A stretch of DNA of 64,000 nucleotides from Eledone cirrhosa. Its lineage: Eukaryota. The DNA lies in assembly GCA_964016885.1 (NCBI GenBank), contig OZ024745.1:126790001-126854000 (forward strand), given 5' to 3'. The position numbers and the translations under genes are program-made. The notes below the pieces were generated by a model. It saw nothing but the letters and a program-made list of their open reading frames with translations. It was not told the origin of the DNA and ran no database searches. Positions 12,810 through 25,526 of the stretch are shown in pieces; position 1 is the first letter of the stretch, and each line of letters starts with the position of its first letter.

Positions 12810-12907
12810 TATTTTAATAAATATTTGCTCTACGGTTCATGTATATTTGATATATATTTATCCTTATCGAGCCCTCTTTGGATTTTAGTCTTCAAATTTA
12901 TTATTAT

Positions 12908-12967
<60 letters not shown>

Positions 12968-13169
12968 ATATATATATCATCATCATCGTTTAACGTCCAT
13001 TTTCCACACTAGCATGGGTTAGACGAGTTGTCCCATTTGAGGTAAGTTGGGTCAGTTGACCGTGTCTTGCTCATAGAACTGTTTCTGACTAGATTTTTAC
13101 AGCTGGATGCTCTTCTTAATGCCAACAACATTTACAGTTTGGCTGGGTGCTTTTTGTTATGTCACCTCA

Positions 13170-13204
<35 letters not shown>

Positions 13205-13246
13205 CATTGCTGTTTTTTAGTAGATGTTAAAATGACAATGATGAGC

Positions 13247-13292
<46 letters not shown>

Positions 13293-14681
13293 TATACACA
13301 CACACACACTCAATACACTCATTAGCTTCTTTATTTTCTCTAGAATCTATTGTTGTTGTTCACTTTATTGATATTATCTCATTAATATCCATTGAATGAC
13401 TATCATTTCATTTTTCTGAAACCTTTAACGATTCTCATTGTATCGTCTACAACAACGTGAAAACCATTCCATGAGATTGAACATGTTACTACTTGTTTCT
13501 GTTAACTTAGCTCAAACTAGAGTCCACATTTACTTTGTGATTGAGTTGATTTTAATCGTTTTGAAGCCAAACTGCCTGAAACCACCTTGGATTTATGATA
13601 CAACACTACTGATTTTAAAATGTTTATACTTTTATTAAATGCTTCCATCATAATTTAATATAAGAAATATTTGTTAAGTAATGTTCTAAATAGGCATCAA
13701 ATTGGCAGTTGTTAGAATATTAGAACATTGGAAAGAGTGCTTTGCAGAATTCATTTGACCTCTCTGCAGTTCAAATCCCACTGATGTCAACTTTTCCTTT
13801 CATCCGTTTGAGTTTGATTAAAAAAGTGTATCAGTCCTGTACTGTGGCCAATTGTTCATCTATATCTCCTCACCTCATATCTCCCCTTTTCCAGAGAATT
13901 TGCCTGTGTTCAGATCTGAGAATGGGATGGGCTCTGCCAGGTTTAAAATGCCCAAGAAACAATAAATCGATAGCACCCTACAACTGTACCAAGGATTATG
14001 TATCCATACATACAATGTTTTAAATATTAGCTTACTAATTTCATAGTTAGTGATTTTATTAAACTCCTCCAAATATTTGTTTATTTCCAAAATTAATTGA
14101 AACTCAGGTTGAGTAATCATGTAGAAGCTTCCTTGTGTGCATGTATGTGAGCATGAATATATATGTATGTGTTTACAGATATCAAAGATATCAGTAACCT
14201 ATATCATCGCTACCCCAGTTGAAACACAAGCAGAATATTTCATTAAAAATACAGCAATGAAAGAGTTAAAGATAATGGTTTCTGATTTAAGCGCAAGGCC
14301 AACAATTTTATGGGAGGGTAAAGTCAATTAAATCGACCTTAGTGTGTTACTGGTACTTCATTGTTTTTTTTATTGGCCCCATAAGGATGAAAGGCAAAGC
14401 TAATGTTGGTGAGATTTGAACTCAGAACATAAAGGGTCATAATTATATGCTACAAAGAATGTTGTTCAACAAACTACCAATATTGCCAAACCACCACCCT
14501 TAGAGTTAAAGATAATAATACTTGCTCCTACAATTTCTGAACTATCTCAATGTGCTGAACTTGAAAAAGCAACATAAAACTTTGTTAAAAACTTATAGTT
14601 TCTTTTGTCTATACATAATTTTCGAAATCAATGTAATATACTTGTTAGGACATATTTGGTTTGTGGAATAATTTCTTTTAA

Positions 14682-14902
14682 CCCTTTAGCATTTAAACCA
14701 GCCATATCTGGCCAGAATTCTTTCACCTCTTCCTGTTCAAACTGCTCATAACTGGCCGTTCATACTGATGTTACGATATTGTTCTCAAAATAGATAATAT
14801 CAAAATTTCATAGATTCAATATTATGTGATATAATTATGTGAGGTAAAGCATTTACCGTGAAAATATAATAGTAAATATAGAGTAATGTAAATGCTAAAG
14901 GG
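14682..14902 (+). mobile_element. piggyBac-like MITE (family A)
   Basis: TTAA-CCCTTTAGCATTTA...TAAATGCTAAAGGG-CTAA. Confidence 0.85.
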
Positions 14903-15912
14903 CTAAATGTATTGTCAAAATTCTGTTTTCATCAGCTAAATTTCACTACCAGACTTCCAACTCTTTTCTATCACATGAGTATCTGTGTGCTACAGTAAAT
15001 ATAAAACAGAAGTTTCATAGACTGTAATGGATTCATAAGATAGATAATTTTAAAAAATTGAATTGTATATTTTGATTCTTGAAGAGAGCAAACACAATAT
15101 TATAGTGATAACAAGCAAAAATTATCATATATCATTTTCTATTTATTGCATTACTATAAAAATAAACCTTTTTATATGTAGCCTCTTCTAGTTTTGTTCC
15201 TTTGTTTATAGTCATCTCATCACTTTATATTGTCATGCGCATATATGAAAGTCTATATTTATGTTAAAGCAAGGGTACTTAACCATGTCATGATTCCAGA
15301 ACCAATAAAGTATTGTCCAATATATCCCCATATCATTGTCAGATAGTCGAGATAGGGGCCACTATGAGTTCAAAAGTTTGTTTTTTCTTTTACACATCAT
15401 AAACCAGGAACAGAACAGGAAATAGAATCATAATGATTTTGTCATCATCTTTATCATGTCCCCATTCCACACAGGCAAGGTTGGACAGGTTGTTCCAGTC
15501 TGAGACAAGGCAGGTCAGAGTGACCAATCTTGCTTGTTATATTCTGTATTTGGCGTAGTTTCTATGGCTAGATGCCCTTCCTAACAACAATCATATTGGA
15601 AGGTGTGCTGGGTGCATTTTTCATGATATAGGAACAGGCGCATTTTTCATGACACCAGCACGAATGCATTTTCATAACACCAGCACAGTTGTGTTTTTCA
15701 TTACACCAACACTACCATTTTACAGTGTAGACTGGGGGCATTTTTCGTGGTACTAACACTAAGACATTACATGGTCATATTTGTTATTTATGGAAAACAA
15801 TACTAGAGATCAAGTCTCATAGCCCCAACACTTAGTTCCCTTATTCTTAGGAGGAATGTATCTTCATCTGTTAAGTGTTTCAGTTGTTTGATCAATGGAT
15901 TGTCCTACTTAA

Positions 15913-16119
15913 CCATTTAGTATTTAAACCAGCCATATCCGGCCAAATACTCTTACCTCTTTCAGTTCAAACCACCTGCAACTAGCCACTCATACTGATG
16001 TTAAGGTATTGTTCACAAAATAAATAATATAAAAATCTCATAGATTCGATATTATTTAAGCTAAAGCTTTTACTGCGAAAATACAATAGTAAATATAGAG
16101 TAATGTAAATGCTAAAGGA
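15913..16119 (+). mobile_element. piggyBac-like MITE (family A)
   Basis: Same internal sequence; TTAA flanks. Confidence 0.8.
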
Positions 16120-16310
16120 TTAAAACATGCATGTGTAAATGGTTGAGCAGTCCATTGACACATGTACTCTTAACATAATTGAGTCAACCTGAAGCTATGG
16201 CAAATGACACTGGTCTGTGATGACATGCAGTGGGCTTGAACCTGAAACCTTCTGATTGTGAAACAAACTTCTTAACTATTCAGCCATGCTGTATCCATGA
16301 TGATATAAAT

Positions 16311-16677
16311 CAGAAGCTCTCAAAGTGGGTGTTACTGCACCCTCAGAGGACATTGAGAAGGTCCAGGGTGGGGGGTGCGGTGGCACTGGAGCCTAAGAGG
16401 GAAGTGGGGTGGTAGAGATGATACAATAGTATATTAAATATCAAATGATGCATATTATATATAAATGTAGTAAAATAAAAAATATATATATTTATTTATG
16501 CATAGTATATATTATATTATTTATTGTATATCAATTAACGATATTATTTATTATATATTATTTGCAATTTGTGTATAGACAGGTCACTCTGGAAATAGGG
16601 GTGGGGTGCTGAGGGTATTATGTGGCCATGAGGGGGGGGGGGGGGGGGCAGTGACCCGAAAAGTTTGAGAACCTCTG
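16311..16677. mobile_element. hAT (Charlie-like) non-autonomous element
   Basis: TIRs CAGAAGCTCTCAAA / TTTGAGAACCTCTG; 8-bp flanks ATATAAAT / GTATTAAT (6/8 match); G-rich subtermini. Confidence 0.65.
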
Positions 16678-17109
16678 GTATTAATACTTCAGTTAAGAAG
16701 TTCTGTATTATAAGTTAACTGGAATATTGATTTATTATGTTGACACAAAGCCACAAATTTTCAGGAAATCTATGAAGATTAAATAAACCCTAGTACTTGA
16801 CTGCTTCTTTATTGTATCAACTTCAGAAGGGTCAAATGTAAAGTTGGCCTGGATGGAATATTGGCAGTGAAAATTATGAATAAGTATAGTTAAATGATAA
16901 GACATTATTTTACATTGACATATATGGAATATTGATTTCTTTCTTAAAGACTAATTTGTCTTTTGTAAAGTAGGAATAGATAGAAAAAAAGAAGTATTAC
17001 TGGTATCAATTTCCCAATGGCTCTGCAGGAAAATTTGAATTTAGAAATGCTAGGCAATGAACTTGCTTCTAGCTTGGTTCTTTATGACAGCTCCAGCATC
17101 TCATTGTTC

Positions 17110-17293
17110 AAGATCAGTATTGGTAGAGCATCAGACACTATGTTTTGCAGCATGGAGTTATGGTCCTTTACATTCTGAATTCAAATCCTGCTGAGATTAA
17201 CTTTGCCTTTCATCCTTACGGGGTCGATAAAATGAAGTACCAGTAATGCACTGGTGTAATTGCTGGCCTTGTGCCAAAAGTAGAAACAATTAT
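17110..17293 (+). mobile_element. SINE-A copy
   Basis: B-box-like TTCAAATCC plus conserved CTTTGCCTTTCATCCTTACGGGGTCGATAAAAT core. Confidence 0.8.
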
Positions 17294-18441
17294 CTACAAA
17301 CAAGACTTCACTTTATTAACAAGAAAGAATATAATGTGAAGAGTGAATATCCTGAAATATTTAACCAATTATTAAAAACATTTGTGCAACATTTTCTTAG
17401 AGATTTTCAATTGCCAAGAAAAACACCTAAAGAAATGAAACACAAATTTCCTTTACTTAGTTTTTATTTTCTTTATAAAGAATGTTGAACCACCAGAAGC
17501 AACCTTACCTCTTCTCTTCTTAGTGGATCAAATATTTTTGATGTCTTCAGGCTATATTTTTCTCTAAATGAATAAATACGTGAAACTTTTATGGAGATGA
17601 AGCAACAGTTTTATTTTAAAACTCAAATACATGTATGTATGTGTGTATGTGTGGGGTGTATGTTCTTTTTTTTTCTTTCTATCTCACCAATAGAGAGAGA
17701 ATCAGTTTCTAAACCAGAAACAGAGCTCTTTCATTGATCTTTAGACAACATCAATTAGGTAATTATGTATGTTTGTGTGTGTGTGTGTGTATGTGCATGT
17801 ATGTATGTCATTTGTATGTGTGGATCTGTCTGTTTGAAGTTATATATGCACATATACATATGCTTCTACATCTATACATGTGTATATGCAGTTATTACAC
17901 ATGAAACTTCTAGAATTTATGTATGTATGTATGTATGTTTTGACAATTTATATCAGCTAAAAAGAAACACTATTTTATGAACAGTTCCTTGAATTGGGTT
18001 AAACACTCCCTCATCACTTTCATTGTCAATGGTGTTATGGTTTACAAACTGCATTATAAAATACATAAAGATAGATAAATCATCTGCCTCACACCATGAT
18101 ATTAGAGCTAAGTGCCAACTCATTACAGTCTTTTAGAAATTATGAAATACTAACATTTATAGCTAGATTATCATCCTTAATCCTCTTTTGGTGTCTGATG
18201 AAATACACCATTAATGTTTTTCAATCAAACAATTTGAAGGAATTTAGTAAAATAACTAATCATATTATTAAGTTGGTGTTTAGTACATAGCTTAACGAAT
18301 ATACTCTTTTCTAGCATTATATTTTATTTAAATATGAATACTATAAAACAAGAGGTTTGTTGTCTTAGAACTGAGGCAGTTTTTGGTGGATTGGTATTCA
18401 ACATTCAACAGTGAAATCTATCACAATGTTGGTTTAATTAA

Positions 18442-18625
18442 TCTTTTAGCATTTAAACCAGCCATAATTCTCTCTTCCCTTTCTGTTCAAACCGGTTGTG
18501 ACTGGCTGCTCCTACTGATGTTACGGTATTATTCTCAAAATAAATATCAAAATCTTATCGATTCGATATTATGTGAGATAAAACCTTTTTTGTGAAAATA
18601 CAATAGTAATGTGGATACTAAAGGG
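18442..18625 (+). mobile_element. piggyBac-like MITE (family A), internally deleted
   Basis: Family A internal sequence and termini. Confidence 0.75.
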
Positions 18626-18866
18626 TTACAGGGATATCAATATGCCAATTTTTAGGGTTTGAACTCAATCCAATAATTTAACCATTTAGTTACTGATTGT
18701 GTGCACTTGAAAATATTGCATGATTAAATCACATTTTTTTATCACACTAACCTATATGACGTGATATATTTTCTTAATTAGGTATGTTACATTTTTTCAT
18801 AGTTTTAACTCTTTTGACAACAACCCACATAAAACCACCTTTGGTTTTATAAAACTGAACCACCCA

Positions 18867-19165
18867 TCTATATATAAATTTCTGTGATTCTGTCACAATA
18901 CGTAAAGAGAGAGGAATAGTTTGACTACCTCATACTACTCCTCTCTCTTTACGTCTGCTGCCTGTGTGACTGTGTGTGTGTAAAAGGAAGGGAGGGGATG
19001 GTGACAAAACTACGCTGTGTATGAGTGAGTGTGTATGAGTTTTTGTAAGCGTGTCTGTGTTTGCACGTTTATATCTATATACTCATACATATAATTGTAT
19101 GCATATGCACACACACATGCACATAAATATACACATATGCGCCAGCGTATGGAAAAATATTCTAG
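18867..19165 (+). mobile_element. Non-autonomous Helitron
   Basis: A|TCTATATATAAA 5' end and ...CTAG|T 3' end; subterminal hairpin CATATGC-GCCA-GCGTATG about 10 nt before CTAG; no TSD; interrupts a family B MITE. Confidence 0.8.
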
Positions 19166-20613
19166 TTATAAAAATTTCCTACTTAAATTACAATCTTCCA
19201 ACATAATTTAATATAAGAATCATATGTTAAATTAGTATCTTAATAATTAAATAATTAATCATTTTAGTAAATCTCTCAAATTGTTTCATTAATTGATTGA
19301 AATAGAGTGTATTTCATAAGAAATATGATCCTGAACAGGTTCTCTTGACTAGAAACAGCATTAAGTTAGTAGTAGTAGTAGTAGTAGTAGCAATAGCAGC
19401 AGCAGCAGCTGCTGCTCTTCTTCTTGGAGGGTCATGAAGGTCCTCAAATATTCGTTCCAGCTGGTCCTGTTAGAAGCAACTATCTCCAATTTATCCAGCT
19501 GGATCCCCAAGCAAGACCAGCCAAGATCATAGATGTTATCCAGCATCCTGCTCAGAGCTGTTTTACCTGTAAAACTCTCCTTGTCATACTACATGAGTTG
19601 TGAGAATTTTCAGGAGCTAAAGGTGTCACCCACTGCTTCATCTCCCCTAGTAGTTTATTGCTATTGGTCTGGGGTTGCTTAATCATCTGAAAGTGCCTGC
19701 TTATATCATAACTAACCATCATATCTGGTGGCTATATCGCTATCCACCACCTGTGACTTGTTCTTTAGTTATACTACTATTCCAGTTTTCCACTGTGTCG
19801 TAGTTGATGAGAGAGTTAGATTTAGGCATAAAATATGGGTTTATGACTTCAACCCTAATAGCTTGAACACATATATCAACCTTACAAATAGAGTACCTGA
19901 TAATGGGTCGAGATCAAATCATCTGAAACCTAATAGTACCAACTGGTAGTTATAAATACACACCCCGAATTAGAATTTCACCACCTCTTTCTTTCTTTTG
20001 GGGGGTAGGGTGCGGGTAGGTGGGATGGCTATTTTGCAGGTTTCAGTATATCAGATGATAATAATTTTATTCTGTCAAAGTATTAAGTATACTTTTCCCT
20101 ATGTTCTTTATTTCATAATGAAGAAAGCAAGACTTTTTTTTTTAAATCTAACAATATTTATACAACCTTTTGCTATAGGGCCATGTTTCCATAGTGTTGA
20201 AATACAAAATAGATAAAGACAAAAACATACTAGCCAATATAAGAAATCTTTCAATATCTGAAACTATTTAAAAAATTCATATTGAAAGATATAACTCAAT
20301 TATTCCAGTATAACATTGAGGCAAGTAGAAAATGGATACATACTTTATAAAAGAATTTTCTTTGCAAAATATATTCTCTTATTTGTATATGAAAAGAACA
20401 TTTATTGATTCACTCCACCAACGTTTGTGTTGCCTTCCCCATCTAAAAAACAAACAAAGATGCCTTGTTTTCATACTTTGTCATACTTATTTTACAAAAA
20501 TATATAATTATCAGTCCCATCTGTGCAATATCCTGTTATTTCAAAAGAACTTACAATACTGCATTATTATTTCTAGTTTATTGTATGTGTTAGTAATGTT
20601 ATTAACTAATAAT

Positions 20614-20808
20614 CAGGCGGTGGATTGGCAGTATCGGTGGAGGGTCGGACGCCATGCTTTCCAGCATAGTTACGTCCCTTTACGATCTGAGTTCAAATCC
20701 CGCCGAGGTTGACTTTGCCTTTCATCCTTACGGGGTCGATAAAATAAAGTACCAGTAATGCACTGGATAATTGCTGGCCTTGTGCCTAAAGTAGAAACAA
20801 TTATTATT
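20614..20808 (+). mobile_element. SINE-A, near full length
   Basis: GGCGGTGGATTGGCAG head, GAGTTCAAATCCC B box, conserved core, (ATT) tail. Confidence 0.85.
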
Positions 20809-20914
20809 TCTAGTTTATATTTCTTCACAGTTAAATTTAAATCAATAAGGAGTGGTTACCGCAAAAGGAGGTGCATGGGAAGGAGAAGGCTGAGGAAGTT
20901 TTTGCCGAAAATAA

Positions 20915-21335
20915 TAGAGGGTGGGTCTTCTGTAATACTGCATAATGCCAGAGGTCGCAGTCCTGCTTTGGTGAGGTGTAATTGTGTAAGATCAGCTTTT
21001 ATTACCTCATCGCAAGTCTTCCTAGGCCTGCCCACACCACGGCTACCATCAACTTTAAACACTCTGCACCTTTTTATACAGCTGTCATCCTTCATACGCA
21101 TCACATGTCCATACCAACACAATCTCCTCTCCTGCACACAACAACTGATCCCTCTTATGCTTAATTTCTCATGCAGTACATTTATACTTTGCCATTCACG
21201 TATATTGCTATTACACATCCAGCGAAGCATGGAGGCTTCATCTCTTTCCAATCTTCACAGGTCCTCAGCACACAGTGCCCAGGTCTCGCTGCTGTGCAAC
21301 ATTGCTGTTCATATACATGCATCATACAGTCTGCC
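20915..21335 (-). mobile_element. RTE LINE ORF2 3' fragment
   Basis: ORF 20856..21251: ERDEASMLRWMC...ERRLCWYGHVMRM...GRPRKT. Confidence 0.85.
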
Positions 21336-22459
21336 ATATATATATATATACACATATACATAGAAATGAAATGGACCTCCATCAGTTTTGATGATGAGGG
21401 TTCCACATTTTTGATCTGTTAATGAAATTAATATGTAAGTGTCTGGGCATTTTACAGACATGTGTAAACTTAACATAATTTTTAGGGAGATTCAGCATAA
21501 CATAGTGCGGGAAAAAGCTGGCCCTTTGAATTTCAGATACAGTTAATCTGAGAAGCTTTGAAACAGTTTCCTTCTACACAATTTCACTCATGAGGATTGG
21601 GCTCACCTGAAAAATGACACTTGCCCAAGATGCTATTCAGTGTCCACTATACATAGGAATATATTGAGGACAACCTGATGAGATGAATTTTATAGAACTA
21701 GAACTCTTGATTTTCAAGTTGTAAAATCTTAGACTTACTAAGATGCACAAAGAGAACATAATTTCATAAACCATTAGAATAATAACCCAAAATCCATATA
21801 CTTTCTTCCATTATTCCCAACATGATACAAGACCAACTTCCTAATGTTGATGCCATGATAAAATACACCCAGTATACTCTGTAAAGTGGTTGGTAAACAA
21901 TTGAAGAAAACTTATTGTAGCTGAGGACAGTACAACAAACATTTTAATATGTGTAAAATAAACTGACCATAATACAGACCTGTTTGAGCAAGGTACAACA
22001 TGGCCAGATGGCCAATGGCCAGACTTGCCTCATTGCATAGACAACCCATCTGTTCCATGAAAGCATTTTTGTTGTTGTTGATGAGGATGATGATGATGCA
22101 CTCATCACATTTTAATGGTGATGATGATGATGATGATACACTTATCACATTTTAACGACCCTAAGTAATGGCAGAACAGCAAACATTCTAATGTAACATT
22201 ATATTTATCATGTTCTAATGACACTGAATAATGGCAGAAACTATTATGTCTTTATGATAGTATATTTAATTCATTCTGGAGCTGAACTTACAGGATATGG
22301 GTTTAATGGGATTATATGTAGTATATATATACATTAAACTTGAAAGACAGCAGAAATTGTGTCTGTTTAACATCAAAATAGTAACCATTTAATGAATTAT
22401 GCATTGAATTCCATGCATTAAATTAGCATTTAATAATATATTGGAAATTATTGACCTTT

Positions 22460-23200
22460 TCATCATCATCATCATTATCATCATCAATATTTACATCTAT
22501 TTTTCTGAGCTTGCACGAGTTGGCTAGATTTTGTTCAACTCAACCTACCTCAACTTTGTCATCTCATCTGGGAGGTTCAACATTTTGAGATTAGTTCTAA
22601 TCAATTCTGTCCAGGTCTTCCTCAGTCCTCCACTATTGCAGCTTTGTTCCACTAAGATCTCTTGGTACTTCTTCATCCAACAATCATCATCTATATGCAT
22701 CAGATGTCAATACAAATGCAGTCTTCTTTCTTGCACACTACATCTGATTCCTCTTATATCCAGTTTTTCTCTCAGTTCACCTCTGCTTCTCATTCTGATA
22801 TCACTAATAACTAACTTATGCTGTGTGATGCATTCTTCTCTAAGAAAAGACTTAGTATTTAAAACCATCTGTCTATCCTATTTTCTAACAAGCATGAAGT
22901 TAATCTGACTTGTGTGTTCACCTGATTTGTAGATAATCAAGTGACTGATCAGTTTTCTGATGTTATTGATGCAAATGGTTTGGTCATTTACATCACAAAC
23001 CTTTAGGAAACTTGATCCTTCTTCATTTCTTGAGCCAGACCCATAGCAAATGTCTACTCCAAAATAATTATCTTGGTGCTTCCCAATATGCCTGTTGAAG
23101 TCACAAGCCAGGATAATAAAGTTGCTGTCATTTGTTATCGATGTTTCTGTATGAAGTCCTCATAAAAACGCCATTTTTGTTCTTTACATAGCTCTGATGG
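22460..23200 (-). mobile_element. Degenerate RTE 3' end with (CAT)n tail joined to an endonuclease-like remnant
   Basis: Similar to 52120-52450; the distal part gives a LACDFNRHIG-like (GDFN) remnant on the minus strand. Confidence 0.6.
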
Positions 23201-24524
23201 TAGTGCATAAGTAATGCAACTGTTTTAGTGTAATAATTTATGACTGTCCTCATCATCATCACCATTCTATGTCCATTTTTCCATGTTAGCATCAGTTAAA
23301 TGAGTTGTCCTGTTGTGGGCAATGCTAGGTCAGGTGAACATGTGTTGCTCATACAGAACTGATTTTGGCTTGATTTCTACAGCTGGTTGCCTTTCCTGAT
23401 GCCAACCTCATTTACAGTGAGTACTGGGTGCTTTTTGTCACAACGCCTACATGACCACTTTACAGAGTGAGGGGTGGCATACTGTATATATGCTTCAGCT
23501 TTGGCCTGTCCCAATGGGAAGTCGGGTCTTCTGTATTACTGCATAATGCCAGAAGTCTCAGTCCCATGTCATGCAGTCTTGTCCTGAGCTTGATAATTCT
23601 GTCACATACTCTAACTACCTTAGTTACTTAATTTATCCATTTCTCAGCTAGTAAAATGCTTTCTCCACCTGGCCTGTCATTATTTCCTTCTCAGAAGAGA
23701 TTATATCTATATTGTTTGCCTGTTAGATGTCTGGTTGATGCTCCCCTCCATCTCACCTCTTGCACATCTCATATATCTACTTGTCTACACTGAAGCATCT
23801 CCCAAATTTCCCCCTACCTACCTTTCAGTGTGCCAACATTAAGAGTGATAAACCTGATATGTGTCACCTTCCAGTAAGGAGGAGTCCAGTGGAGATTTGG
23901 TCATCTTTTGATAGCATCTTTCTATACTTGAAAGAGACTGCATGTAGAATCACTCGATGATGGCCAGTGGTTCTTGCACAAGGTTAGAATAATTAACATT
24001 TATAGTTTTAGTCTGGGTTGGTACTTTTTACCCGGTCAAAAAAGAGGGCCCTTCACTGACACACACAATGTTATCTTATCAGTTACTCTAACATTAATCT
24101 CTGAAAAGTTCTTGGCTTAATTCGTCTTATACTGAAAGTGATTATTTTCTCTCTTTCCTCAAATATCAGCCTACCATGCACAAAGTAATGAACTTTAAGA
24201 AACCAAAATGACCTCATTTCCTGTTTCCTGTGGACACAGTATGAGGTTACCAATTATTTAAAGCAATAACCAAAAATATATTGAAAAAAACTCAAATATG
24301 AAATTATTGGCTTCAAGAAAAAAAAATTGGACCATTATCACAGGAGGACATTTTTCTAATTGAATTTTACCATATGATCTATCGATTGATTCATTTTCTC
24401 AATTGATATTTTAGCTTCTGCAAATATATGAACAAGTGATACATAAAGAATTAATTTTTTTTATACATCCTATAACTTAAATGATGTCTACTTATAAATT
24501 GAATTACTCTTATTATATTAGATA

Positions 24525-24670
24525 TTTCCAGCATAGTTACGTCCCTTTACGATCTGAGTTCAAATCCCGCCGAGGTTGACTTTGCCTTTCATCCTTACGG
24601 GGTCGATAAAATAAAGTACCAGTAATGCACTGGGTAATTGCTGGCCTTGTGCCTAAAGTAGAAACAATTA
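24525..24670 (+). mobile_element. SINE-A, 5'-truncated
   Basis: Nearly identical to 20659-20803. Confidence 0.85.
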
Positions 24671-24721
24671 TATTAGATACATTTAGAATACATCTATTAT
24701 GATAGGTGTATATCCCATAAT

Positions 24722-24895
24722 GATTATTTCTACTTTTGGCATAAGGCCAGCAATTACCCCACCAGTGTATTACTGTAAGGATGAAAGGCAAAGCTAACCT
24801 CGGTGGGATTTGAACTCAGAACATAAAGGGGCATAACTCTGTGCTGCAAAGCATGGTTTCTGACGATCTACCGATACTGCCAATACACCGCCCTT
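24722..24895 (-). mobile_element. SINE-A
   Basis: Reverse complement of the SINE-A consensus with a small internal deletion. Confidence 0.85.
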
Positions 24896-24900
24896 GTATA

Positions 24901-25244
24901 TCATTTCATTTCATCATTTCATTTTACGTCCGCTTTTTCCCTGCTTGCAAGGGTGGGACGGGAACTGATTCTGGCTTGATTTCTACAGCTGGATGCCCTT
25001 CCTAACACCAACCTCATTTACAGTGAGTGCTGGGTGCTTTTTTGCCGTGGCACCTCCACGACCACTTTACAGTGGAATGATAGGGACCCCAGTCCCTATC
25101 ATCTCATTTCTACAGCTGAGTAAACTGGAACAACATGAAATAAAGTGTCTTGCTCAAGGAAACAACACATCATCCGGTCTGAGAATTGAACTCAACCTTT
25201 CGGTTGCAAGGCCAATGCTCTAACCACTAAGCCATGTGCCTCCA
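24901..25244 (-). mobile_element. SINE-B, full length (tRNA head, RTE-type tail)
   Basis: Minus head TGGAGGCACATGGCTTAGTGGTTAGAGC...GAGTTCAATTCTC (A/B boxes), AGGAAGGGCATCCAGC block, tail CCCTTGCAAGCAGGGAAAA..GTAAAATGA. Confidence 0.9.
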
Positions 25245-25247
25245 CTA

Positions 25248-25274
<27 letters not shown>

Positions 25275-25279
<5 letters not shown>

Positions 25280-25490
25280 AATGATTTCTAACAAGGCCAG
25301 TCATTTTGGGGGAGGGGAAAGTCGATCAAATTGATCCAGTACATTATGGTGCTTTATTTTATCGACCCCATAAGGATGAAAGGCAAAGTTACACTCAGCG
25401 GGATTTGAACTCAGACTGTAAAGGGCCGTAATTCTAATCTGCAAAGCATGATGTCTGACTCTCTACCGATACTGCCAATACACCACCCTT
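25275..25490 (-). mobile_element. SINE-A
   Basis: Reverse-complement match; (TAA)n flanks. Confidence 0.8.
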
Positions 25491-25491
25491 G

Positions 25492-25526
<35 letters not shown>

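Larger units (their letters stand above)
10294..12910 (+). mobile_element. 5'-truncated Penelope-like retroelement (family A, probably Naiad-type) with an inverted partial pLTR
   Basis: RT with GLYRDDGL, CNCx5C linker, GIY-YIG (NIVYKC...AYIG). 10294-10629 is the reverse complement of ~12490-12824. (TA)n on both flanks. The clade name is recalled from motif pattern, not computed. Confidence 0.9.

Noticed and set aside
20758-21363. 201-aa + strand ORF (similarly 52172..52718 and 61732..62256)
   Set aside because: Antisense readings of RTE fragments.
25170-25244. tRNA gene (also 59590-59661)
   Set aside because: tRNA-derived SINE head with A/B boxes but no complete acceptor stem; continues into the SINE body.
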